NCBI GenBank assembly: GCA_964035545.1
Contig: OZ037768.1
Location: 10,758,741 to 10,822,740 of the forward strand
Direction: 5' to 3'
Source of the DNA: Bugula neritina
Lineage: Eukaryota; Animalia; Bryozoa
Length of the DNA stretch: 64,000 nt
This document shows, one piece after another, positions 63,907 to 64,000 of the stretch. The translations under genes and the position numbers were made by a program. The notes below the pieces were generated by a model. It was not told where the DNA came from. It searched no databases and saw only the letters and a list, made by a program, of their open reading frames with translations. Position 1 is the first letter of the stretch. The number at the start of each line of letters is the position of its first letter.

Positions 63907-64000
63907 GTAATGCTTATGGTCTTCAGATGCTTGTGTGTACTTCCTTTTTCAGTAGTTGCTACCAACTTGTTCAGTTCGAACAAGTTCTTCAGAGTTTGAT

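Overview
AT-rich animal (invertebrate-type) genomic DNA with spliceosomal genes. Left to right: a decayed THAP/Harbinger remnant; the 3' part of a receptor tyrosine phosphatase (Ptp99A/PTPRG type) with hAT, MITE and SINE insertions; a 3-exon class A GPCR; an EXD1/Egalitarian-like exonuclease-fold gene lacking its catalytic residues; a minus-strand array of four Skp1 paralogs; a 6-exon orphan gene; and the 5' end of CRTC/TORC. The Skp1 array holds one canonical copy, two divergent copies and one disrupted copy. The main feature is a full-length 15,630-bp Polinton/Maverick (adintovirus-like endogenous virus) at 29196-44825, with ~182/208-bp TIRs and a perfect 6-bp TSD (GATTGG), inserted in intron 1 of a divergent Skp1 paralog. 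It encodes pPolB, integrase, packaging ATPase (one nonsense codon), major and minor capsids, core proteins and adenain. It also shows GT-AG introns in viral genes (one splitting polymerase motif B), a Bcl-2-like ORF, a spliced putative OB-fold SSB, a TM plus PC4-like ORF, and a 1-kb array of TATA-box-containing repeats upstream of the polymerase. All exon models were built by hand from splice signals and frame continuity; protein family calls come from motif recognition, not database searches.
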